Positions 28,101 through 40,100 of a stretch of 64,000 bases of DNA are shown piece after piece. The stretch lies in contig NMRA01000016.1 in the NCBI GenBank assembly GCA_002633005.1, positions 161,396 to 225,395 on the forward strand, read 5' to 3'. Source of the DNA: Phoronis australis. Lineage: Eukaryota > Animalia > Phoronida. Both the position numbers and the translations under genes were made by a program. The notes beneath the pieces were generated by a model. It had not been told where the DNA came from. It made no database searches and saw nothing but the letters and a program-made list of their open reading frames with translations. Position 1 is the first letter of the stretch, and every line of letters starts with the position of its first letter.

Positions 28101-31100
28101 AGTGTTCTATGCATAATTAGGTACACTACATCGTATTTGGCCTTCGGCTTTTTGATACCATCAATTAACAATTTTTGCCAAGACACTCATGATCCACAAA
28201 CACAAACGTAACATGCACTACAGAGATAAATACACAAAACGAACGTTCCGAGGGTGGCGTTGATGAAGTGATATCCCAAGAGACATTACTCCGCGCATCG
28301 ACCGAGACCGAAGGTCATGTCGAGTGGGATATTTCTTCGTCTACGCCAATCGAAGTACGTTTTGTATTTATCCCATATGCATCAAATTCCTCATATTCTT
28401 TCATTTTTTCGCCAGATCTTTCAAACACTTCACTCAGGCTGTTCACGTGGCGGATCACATCCTATATGTATCATTACCAGCAATTCGTAAACTAGGTCAT
28501 CCGCCAGGTTCTCTGCGAAAACTAGGTCATCGCTTATGGACCAGTTAGCGCTTCACTCTCCGCGTGTCTGCTGGTNATCCCAAGAGACATTACTCCGCGC
28601 ATCGACCGAGACCGAAGGTCATGTCGAGTGGGATATTTCTTCGTCTACGCCAATCGAAGTACGTTTTGTATTTATCCCATATGCATCAAATTCCTCATAT
28701 TCTTTCATTTTTTCGCCAGATCTTTCAAACACTTCACTCAGGCTGTTCACGTGGCGGATCACATCCTATATGTATGTACTTGCGTGTTAGGTTGCAAGTT
28801 TTCTCTAGTAAAAGAAACAGTTTTAAATATAACGATTTATTACTTGAATAGAGATAATACAGATGCAAACAACGGTAACTGTGCATTGAACTCGTAACAT
28901 CTCCTGAAAATGGTTAAATAATAACAATATTTCAAATTCTAGTTAGAAATCGACGTCTGAATTGCAGACGACATATTTAGCAATTGAAAACTGAGACAGA
29001 ACTGTCATATAATTAACAGACCCGTTCCGGATGTTAAGATTGAGACCTGATTGTAAGTTGAAGGTTACTTACACTGTTGCAAATGCATTGCTTTTAACTA
29101 TTTTCCGAATGTTTGATGATTGAACCGGCTATTGACGTCGAGTCGACATTGACCTACCTTTTGAACTTTCCATGTCAGAGGTCATTGTTGAAGTAGTGCG
29201 GGAGGTGAATACGGAAAATATTATAAAATGGCCGTATTTCCCTCTACCGATTCAACGCGTATGGGATAAAACGAAGTATCTTGTAACAGACGTTTCATCG
29301 CCAAAAATGATACCCGATTTAAAACAAGGATTTCATTGGATCTCAGTACACTGTCCATCAGTTTAGGATAATATTATTCCCTTAAAGATTCTGGTAACGT
29401 ACATCTCCTAAGGTTTTGCAACGTATCACTACTACAGAGATTATGGTTCCTGTCTTCGATCTCACTACCTAAATACAGTTCACAATATTCGTGTTCCCTC
29501 AGAACAACTGATTCCCTACCCTTTTGATCAAACCACGTGACGACACACGAAACTAAGATAGTCTTATTGTGAAGGGTTTGATTTTAACCACTTCTAAATA
29601 ATTTTCCATTAAGAAATATGTCGCTCTTAATTACTTTCTGTAGGAATTGACTTGAATAGTCTTGTATGATATGCCAAATATCATTCTGAGCTAAGTTAAT
29701 CAGTTTATCTTTCAAATTGTTTACAAATTTCGCCTGATTTCTAATTGGCTAGTCCACTCCACCCAAAAAATCCGGTTTTTGTAAAAATATTACTTTCAGT
29801 CCCCCGGCTTTCTTTCTGCTATATTATTTATTATCCCATACATGTTGAATCTGTCGAGGGAAATACGGCCATGTAATAAAGTTTTCCGTATTCACCTCCT
29901 GCACTACTTCAACAGTGACCTCTGACATGGACAGTTCAAAAGGTAGGTCAATGTCGACTCGACGTCGATAGCCGGTTCGATCACCAAACTTTCGGAAAAT
30001 AGTTTAAAGTAATACAATTATGATAGTATAAATAACGCTCAACATACAATCAGGTCTCAATCGTAACATCAGGAACAGGATTGTTAATTGTATGACAGTT
30101 ATGTCTCAGTTTTCATGTACTAAATATTTTATCGTTTGCAACTCAGGTGCCGATTCCTCGGTAACTACAATATCAAATATTGATGTTCTTTAACTATTTT
30201 TAGGAGATGTTACAAGTTCAATGAAAATTTACCCTTGTTTTCATGTTTGTTATCACATTTCAAGTAGTAAATCCTTACATTTAAAACTGTTTCTTTTACT
30301 AGAGAAAACTTGCAGCCTAACGCGCAAATCTAGGATGTGATCCGCCACGTGAACAGCCTGACTGAAGTATCTAAAAAATCTGCGGAAAAAATGAAAGAAA
30401 CCTAGGAATTCGAAGGGTATGGGATAAATACAAAACTTTCCGAGAGTGCCGTGCATGAAGTAATATCCCACGAGACATTATTCCACGTATCGACCTTCGG
30501 TCTCTTTCTCGTGGGATATTACTTCATGTACGCCACACCCGGTACGTTTTGTGATATTTTTTTCATTTTTAACGACGATATTTTGATACAGGGTAGGTCT
30601 ATGGTAACCTGATTCACTTTGCATGTACCTGCGCCGTCCGCTCGCTTGGAGTGATGCAGCTGATAAGCCAAGTCAACCAATGTCAGGCATATGTTGCTGT
30701 GGGGCCCTTTATGATAATGGCGTCTGAGCAGCAACGACGTCTTGGCATAATGCAATCCTTTGTCGTACTTTCCCCCTAAAAGAATATAAGACCTCTTAGC
30801 AAAATGTCAAGCTCACAGCTGTGCTCTTAACCTTACGAGTGATTCAAAATAAAGTGGTTTCAAGTTTGCTTGACGTACGGAATCCTCAGCACTTATGCTT
30901 CTCTCGTGGAAATTGTAGTAGCCATGACGCATCTGTGCAGTTTTTGCGGGGAAGAACCAGTCGAGAGAAATTTGTTCATTTGAAGTGTTCATGTAAACGT
31001 TTGCAGTCTTCTACGTCCTCCTTATTTCACTGGATAAATCAAAAACGTTAATTTGTCTTCAAATTATGGTACTGAGGACATAATCTTCCTCAAATTCACA

Positions 31101-34100
31101 AGACCAAAAATTGCATTTAGTAAAAACCTTAGGCCAGTATCACATACACCGCCAGAAGTTTGTCAAATACTTGCCATGTTTCCATATAGGGAAAACGGGA
31201 ATATTTCAATATAACAAAATTAAGGAAATTATTTTCTAAAAAACTACTAATTGCAACAGTCGATGGAACTCTATGGTTCTTTTATTCACAGAAGACTAAA
31301 AATATGTGGCCCAGAGTGAATGCCCGTGACTGGAAAAGCAGATAATATCAAATTATGGTTCGTAATCATCCAGTTCTGCTCTAATAGTTCTTTACATTGG
31401 CTGTGAGAATGACTGGATAAATGTTTCAAAAAATGTCATGTTCTTCTGCACTGTAATACTTATACACTTAATCAATGGAAGAGAAACCTGACTAACGCTA
31501 ATTATTAGCAGGGGGTGCCAAACTCAAATGTTGAACGCACGAGGTCACTGTGATCTGCTCGCCATGGGTAGGCTTCTTAATAAGGTTTGCCACCTTCAGT
31601 TTTCTTTACAAATTACTCATTGCAGCATGGCTTGCTTCAAGATTAGTTCCTCACATTTGGCGTACAGCAATCCCAGGTTGTTTAAGGCAGGAGCGATGGC
31701 TGGATTCTTGGGATTCAGCTGCTTCCTCATTTCCAAGGCGTCCTTCAGATGTCGCTCAGCGTCCTGGAACTGACCTGGAAGCGAAGACAACTCGAGTCAC
31801 ATGACGCAGCTCCACATGGTATTGTTCTTGCTTGACGGGCTTGTTAACCGAAAGTTTCATTTTTGTTACGAAAAATGTCGGCATTATAAATAGAATCAGC
31901 ACCTGTTCTATTCACGCCACATAAATTGGCAGTCACATAAATGATAAATCTGGCGTTCGATAACACTACTTAAAAATATGCAACAGGCAACCAAGGTCAT
32001 TCACTTTGTCCCATGGCACCATGTCACGTGCATTTTAACTTTTGCAATCATTGTAAGACTTGTAGTGTCGCACTCGACATACATTGTCTGTCGACAGCAT
32101 ATGTCAAATGCGACAGTACATGCATACATGTTCTCAACATTGACACACATTGTCGCCTGGGCCATAGCATGCGTCGGGTGTGACAGTATATGCAGTTCCT
32201 CAACGGCACGTGTTGAGTTGAAAGAAGGTCTTGTTTTCCCCGAGTTTAGTGGGAACACGGGATGTTTTCAGACAGTCAAAAACGAGGTTTGTTGCAGCAA
32301 AATGAAACGGGTGAAGAGGTAGGAGATGGTTAGTGCCTGAGGCCTGCCTCGTTGATTTTTCAAAGAAGATTATTTGCTCTACTAAAAAGAAGTTTGCTCC
32401 CACAAACATTCGGTTGACTTCCTTCTCAAACTCTGGATCCCCATTCCGACTCCCTGTCACATCCACCTCATGGATGCACGTACACTGTATCACAATATGA
32501 CAGTACATGTTGTCGCACCCAGGAATACCATAATATACATGTATGCTGTGAACCCCCACACGTATAGTCGCCGGAGCTACAAAATGAGTCGATGATGACA
32601 GCATGCATTGTCGCACTCGGCGTTTGATGTCATAAAATTCTCGTAAGTTTTTGTTTTGGTTGTGTCCCAGCAGTGTTCCCAGTCCACCCGTTAGTGGAAC
32701 AATGAACCCGTCGTGTTACGTCGAAGAAATTAAATTTCACTTATATAACTTCCTGCTACAAAGTTGCTCTTAATAGTTTCCTTTTTCCGAAGACATGATT
32801 TTAGGTTTTGCAATTTACAGATAGTTAGTTATTTCTCAAGACTCCTCGGGGAATTGGTAATAGTCGGATATAACATGCCAGCATTTTGAGAACCAGATTT
32901 CTACATTAAATAACGGGCATCATTTTATCAAGCTTGTTCTCAAAATGTGGGCAGGTGATATCCGACACGCCATGACAAGTCAACTTGTCCTCCCGTTCAG
33001 TAACGCTAGGACCTCCCTAAAAAGCAAGACTTCGCGAGATTACGGGAGATATTGCCGCATATTTTAAATGAGATCACGTGACTTTGGCTAGATTTTAGCT
33101 AGGTCCCAGCGTAGGTCCTAGCGTTACTGAACGCACGCCGGGGTCTCAATCACTAGCGAATTGTCAGTTCTTTCTAAGCCCTGAAATACCATGAACTTTG
33201 ATTTCCTAAAGGCAGACTTTTATCCGCTCTTAATATTTGAACCAAACATCTACATGGTATCTTACAACCTGGTGAGTGCATGCGTAAGGTATCGACTCAC
33301 CTAAACAATTTAAGGACAGTCCAGCAACGGAGGTGATCTTGGTGATCAGGTGATTGCAACGCCTGCGCCCAGATCTGACTTCAATGTCCATTGCTTCCTC
33401 ACAGCACCTGTCAAATGTAAATAGGCTAATAAACACAAATTTTTAACCCACATATGCATTGAATTTATATTTTCCAACGTCAGGTACCGAAGGTATCGAA
33501 GGGAAACAGTTTACAAAACAACAGACGAGAATTTGGCTATAGTGAAACTTGCTCCGAAATATCCAAATACGGACATATTATTCAACCCGACCAAGGCCCT
33601 TTTTTACAATATTCGTTAAAGCCCGTATGACACATCCATAATATCACATACAACACCTTCTAGTTAGGAGCACTGGTGTCGCTGTGGAAGTCGCCCAGTG
33701 CCACTCCCACAGAGTGCGAAAGTTGTACCATTATATTTGGTCACGCGCATTCAATAAATGTAAAGATACGTGAATCGTCTCAACTTCCTCGTCAAGGTCA
33801 AAGTAACGTGTGGTGGACCAAACACTCACTTGACTGATTCTTGAAACCTGCCGACCTTATATAACATGAAGCCCTTCTTGACAAGGAGTTCAGACATGAC
33901 ATCACTGTTCGGGTAGTCTCGGAGGAGCTCTGTCGCTTCGACGTAAATTTGTTGACATTCGCGCATTGTCATTCCTAAAGAAAATCCCATTGGTGTTGGA
34001 ACGGGTTGATATAACTGCGCCAGAAAAAATATGGCTGAATGTTTATTTGAAATTGTCTCGACAAAAACTAATTTGTGGCCACCGATTTTATCGATTTGTC

Positions 34101-37100
34101 ACAGATGACCAGTATTTCTAGAAATCAAATCAAGTATTGCCATAAAACTGTTCTATAAAGAAATAGAGTAAAGATTTTCGAAAAACAGCGGGAAATGTTT
34201 CTTCTTTGTTTTGAAACTGGTCACACTTACTGAATGTCCGAGGCTCGTAAATTCTTACGTGATGATCCTTGCAGTATCATCACTTGGAGTTATTTTCCAA
34301 TTAGTTCGGTGCGTGTTTCACCAAAATCAATATTTGCATAGATCAGTGAAATAAACTGCGCAGAGTAAGATGCCCAATGCCACCCAAAACAAAAACAGGT
34401 CACTTAATTTTGAGATCTACGTAGACAAAAAGTTAGTTACCTCGATGTTCATGTTTCAGGCTCCCATAATTCATCAGCATTTGACTTTCTTCTTCAGGCG
34501 TTCCAAATCTTTTGGCGGAATCACGACATGTCTTGTAAAACTCAATCGTCTCGTAAGGGGCTACGAGTGACAGAAAGAAGGTAGCTTCTTTTCCAACCTA
34601 AATGCAAGTTAAGTATTTATATATTTAAATTGTATGTACACACAATTACTCGTTGCAATGTTTGAATGAACACTGTCTCTTCCGTGATAACGCAACTTTG
34701 CAGCCATACACGTACGAAAGCAACAGAGAGTATGCGTGTTGTGCACCGTAAAGATAAAAGTACGGGTTGCTCGTGTTTTCAAATATTTCTACGGTAGTCA
34801 AATCCATTCGAAAGTTAAAATCAATTGTTTTCTTTTTATTCGCAAAACCAAATACCTAATAAGTCAAATCTTATGAAGATCCCATATGCATGTATGAACT
34901 GGGCAGAAAAGGCAAGCGCAACGACAACTTGCCACTAGGTTAAGTCGTATCAACAGCAGCCTTGCTTGGGATACACAGAGCAAATTTCATGAAGATACAC
35001 CGAAGAACTTAGGAGATATTGTGTCAGGAGCAAAAAAAAAAAACGTAAATAAAAACACGAGAGCGCCAAAGTATTTAGCTTGGTCCATAATCAACATCAA
35101 ACGAGGTCTCGTCAATGGGAACATGTGTGCCAAAAAGCTTGGAGATCCATCCGAAAGCTCGGTAAATATTGAAGCAGACACAGAATTGCCGCTACGGAGC
35201 GCTGCAATTTTCGAATCTGTCCGAAAATCAACTACAGTCTACAGTCGTTTTCTTTTCAATAAGACCACATCAACCAACTGTTTTGGCTAAGGAGGTGGAA
35301 GTCAAAAACACAAGAATAGCAAAAACTTACACTGACGGTGCACAGAACAAGAGTATTGATTTCCGTCTTTCAGCATATCAAATTCATAGCATTAGCAAGT
35401 GAAAAGAGTATCATCAAAACGACATCATCTTTCCCGAGGCTACCAGACACTTAAAAAATTTGTCCGTCTCGAAGCCAGTGGCAGTTGACCGTTCAATGTC
35501 TAACTTGCAAGTTTCCTAATCGAGCACCCGTGCGTTTTGTGGGGGCAACAAATTCATTAAAAACAAGATCACACAAAATCACGCGAGTGGAAGACGAATA
35601 TTTCGCGAGTATGCTCGGAAGTTTACTCGTGAACCCTAGCAGAATAGCGTCCACTAGAATGATTGATCTGTGATGGGCGGCTATTTCATGTACCGTAAAT
35701 GTCCTCGCCTTGCCTTGAGCGGTCAGCCACCGTTCATTTAAGTCAGAGCTCAGCTCGTAGTTCTGCCTCTACGACAGCCTTAACATCTAAAAACCACCTT
35801 CCTGAAACACTGCACCTTTAACTATCCATTTTGTGGCTTTCGTTTTAACTATATAGATATTTCATAAACCATTTGTTTTCACCGAGACAAAAGCAGGTAA
35901 ATGTAGATTATTACATGGCGAAGCTGTTATCTCCCGTAATCTAGAGCCTGCCCTGAGTGGATTTTGGAGAATTATTGTATTCTAATTCTCCAAAATCTCC
36001 ACGAGGGCTCTAGATATATGGGATGGCGACTGAGAACAGGTAATAACCTATTTATAGCACATACTGAATGATAAATATTGCAATTAATAAATCTGCCATT
36101 CTCTACTCGCCTCGGTTTTCTACTTTCTATGTCAGAGGTACGGGGTTGGAGGTCGTGACCTTAAACATGTAAAAAAACGTCGAGTCATTCTTGTTAAAAT
36201 AAAGTTTTTACACAAAACCAACTGAAAAATTAAACAAAATAGAAATGAATAAAATTATATAAAATAACATTTAAGCAAACAGGCTAGCATACTACACATG
36301 TTATAATGGAAAGCTTCCACCGTGAAAATATCGTCTGCTAAACCTAAAGCAGGTTACCACTGGTTATTAAATATATTTTCCAAGTCAAAAGATTCCCGAC
36401 GACATGTTACCCACATTTAAACTGGAAATCGATAATTTGCGAGTGAGAGAAAATGACAGATAAATTTTACTGAATTAAAGATGTCGTTTTTATTGAAATT
36501 GTACGTCATACTTTTCACAGCGTAATAAACGTCGGTAAAACGCGGTTTGTTGAACGTGCGATTATTGCACGTCCTTACTTAAGTATTCAACTTTCACGTT
36601 CGGTGACGTCAGCTGCTGAGTAGCTCAATGGTTAAGGCCACGGCTGTCGTTACACGAAGATTGAGTTGCCTCGGGTTCCCGCCAAAATGTTAATCATCAC
36701 GCGTTGATTAACCCATGTTGTTAATCAATGTTTTCAAGTTTTTGTAAAAAGTAGGTGCATTAAATAAAAGGTGCAGCTACTTTTGAGCAGCTTTAAGTTA
36801 AATGAATCACACAGACTAGACATAATGGCAAACTGTAAAATGGCAAAAAGATGGTTTTAACTAGCGATACTAAAATTATGTAGACCTTTCTAATCTTTTA
36901 CAATGCCCACTACTAGTCGAAATAAACAGCTACTTAATATTAGGACCCTCGGCAATCAGGAAGCCCTCTAACGAGGAGATGATGTAGTCTGCAGTAAAGC
37001 CCCCCCTCCCCTCTGCCAAATCTAGCCAATCAGGAGTACCAAAAGATGAAGAATTGCGCAGGATGTCAGAAAACGTATACTTGGGTTACCTTGTAAAAGA

Positions 37101-40100
37101 TTGGGTACACATCTTCTTTGCAGTTAATTGCTTCTCTCAGTAGTTGCCGAACATTTACTGTCTCGTGATTATGCCAGGCACTGACTTTATCGTAGTCCAG
37201 GAGGCATTTCCCAAAATATCGGATAAATCTTTCTCTTATGATGTCACTGGCTCCAATATGCTGCATTGAACCCAGGACTACATCCCTTAGAAAAGGCAAC
37301 ACTCTAAAAGTTTTCCTCGACTCCGAGAATTCAATAAGATTACGATCAAAAAGTGGTATAAGAGCACTTTCCTTAACTTCAGCCACAGAAATCTGACCCA
37401 TGATGGCACAAGCAGCTTCGGCGGAAAACTCGCCTGACATGAAGTTCAACGCCGCCCAATATTCTCGAACACAGTCAGAGATAAAGTTAAACGATGACGT
37501 AAGCGCCTCCCTGACTCCTTCGTCGTCTACGAAGGCATCTGATTCCAAGAAATCGTACAGCGACTTCCGTTGAAGGATTTCACATACATCATGTGCGTTG
37601 ATGTGTCCCACACGGTCTCTCAACATGTTTGCGACTACTCGTAAAACTTGAGGAAGGCCACAGCAGCGAACTGCGAGTTCTGCTTCACAATTTCCATAGC
37701 TGACGTTAACTCCTATTTTATGCAGAAGTTCTATCGAGTCTGGAACGGTCAACGTGGATAAGGCTTTGGAAAAAAAGTTTTTACCCAAACGCCTTGTGAG
37801 ATTGAGCTTGAAACGCGATGTTGCAATAATCCTTGTCTTCTTACATTGGGTTACTATTGAAGAGCAGGTGAGAATGAACTGCTTTTTTGAAGGCAGGCTG
37901 GAAAGAACGGGATCGCAGTTGTCCAGTAACAACAAGCAAAAAGTCCCATCCATGGTGATTTCATTTATTTGTGCAGCGACGTCATCGGCTGGACATTTGC
38001 TATCAGCGCCGCCGTAAGCCGACAAAAAAGACAGATGTTGTAGAATGGTTCTGACAATATAAGTCGAATGATCAGAACGCATAGATTCATCATGATCGTT
38101 TTCGAAGTAGACATAAACCATCCGAAGGGGTACGTTGTTTTCCAAACTTTCTTCAAGAAGTTCGTTAAACACCTGTGTGCAGAAAAACGTGATTATTGAG
38201 AAAGCAACAACAAACCATGAACACTGTTCAGCTGCAAGAAAAGTATCGGCTGTTGTAACTATATTTTCAAGAAATACCAGCACGTCTTACTCAGCAAGTG
38301 AAAAGTGTTTCTTGCGCTGATATCTACTAACTTGTTTTGACCCAAAAAGCATTTAAAATTGAACAACAGCAAATAAGATTTTCAATGCGTAATGGTTCCC
38401 TTTTACAAAAGGTAAACATTTCTGACCTCGAAAAACCAATGCGTCTTTATGTTGTGGCTAAAAATTTGTAGATGATCTCAAGCGTATGTTATTCATACAA
38501 AGTATAAACTCGATAAATTATTTCCCACTCAGTCATTAGTACAGTGATCTTCAAATTAACCTCTCCCATTTGTCGAATGCTTTTGGTTTTTGAAATGAGA
38601 ATTCAACAAATGTATCACATGTTACCCGGGTTTCCTTTGAAGTTGATTTAAGAATGTTCTAGAAGGGAGGGATAACCAATGTTTACAAATTGTGTTTAAT
38701 TCACTTTTCATACCACATTATACAGTAAATATTGGCTTTAATTCATTAGTTCTTTTCAACTCGTTACATGTTCAAAATTTGCCTTCCTAGTCAATTAGAT
38801 AATTTGGAAATGCAATACCGTCATAAGTCCGTTTTGAAGTGCATAATGCGAATTCCACTATAAAGGAATATACACAATTCTACATTACGCCGATACACGG
38901 TTTAGTAATAAGCTAACTTCTGCTGTCAAAACAGACGCACTCTTCCCAAGGGGTTTCCTGGTAGCTGGCTCAAATAATTCATGGCCTCCATAAGTAATGT
39001 TTCCCATCAGAAAACATAAATTTTTATAAGATTTTCCCATCGTTTAATTTTTTATCCATGTTATTTCAAGGGATTCTATAAATAATGCAACACAGATTAT
39101 ATTCAAGCTACAATTTTAATGTCTGAACCGATGCTTTTTGGAATTTTATACTTTTGTGAGTCCAGATAAATTCAAAGAATATTTTCCAAAGATGTATTTT
39201 TAAATATGTCACTGGGCGAGGGAGGGATTAAGAAATGAAATTTACTTGATATTTGATATTTTCTATGTTATACTTTGTTTTATTCATAATTGTAATATAT
39301 GACATTTCATAGCCAAGAGCAAGTACATGTACGTGCGCCTTGGTTTCATATTTGAGAACGCAGTTTTATTGACACACTGAGGTTCTGTTTTTTCATAATA
39401 CGTCGAACATAATATTAGGAATCTCAATTAATTTCCATTTATGGAAATAATTCATGAAGTTGAAAATACAGTTTTGAGCCATTATATTGAATTTTTGAAA
39501 ACTCGGGAGTTAATGGTCAATGTTCTTAGATCCGATTCAGATACATTGATCTGTCTGATCTTTATTTGACTTCAGACCAGAGAACTTTGCGAATTGCTCC
39601 AGAGGATCCAGTCTTTTTGTGTGATTTCTGAACTATCAGTTTCGATAAGTAGGCCTAGTGCCATCAGCATGCTGGGAAATTTTAACGTCTCTGCTTCCAA
39701 AGGTTTGGACATTTTATCTTGAACATTTATTAGGCGAAATTCGAGAGTGTTATTGGTGTTGTTATTTCGCTATGGATGTACTTCTTATGGGAAATTTCCT
39801 AAAATGCAATGAAGTCACGATCAGTTCGGGCATGACAGTTACGACCGTGCGACTTATAAAATACTGACGAAATACAAAACGCCGGATTCCATAGAAATGT
39901 TGATAAATGTAAAGTACAGAATGGCAAATATTTTCGTCCAAATACACAGCGGAACGTCCATGCCTTTGTATTCGAATGTGAGTTCATAGGGTTACACGAA
40001 TGAAAGGAGGTGGCCTTATGTCCGCCATTTTATAGTCGGCGTAGACATAACTTAGTTGCTGACATTTGATAATAATCCACGGCATTCACTTGCCTTGATA

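Noticed and set aside
34987-35673. Cluster of short ORFs in STAND intron 2, possibly a transposase remnant
   Set aside because: No convincing motif in any frame.
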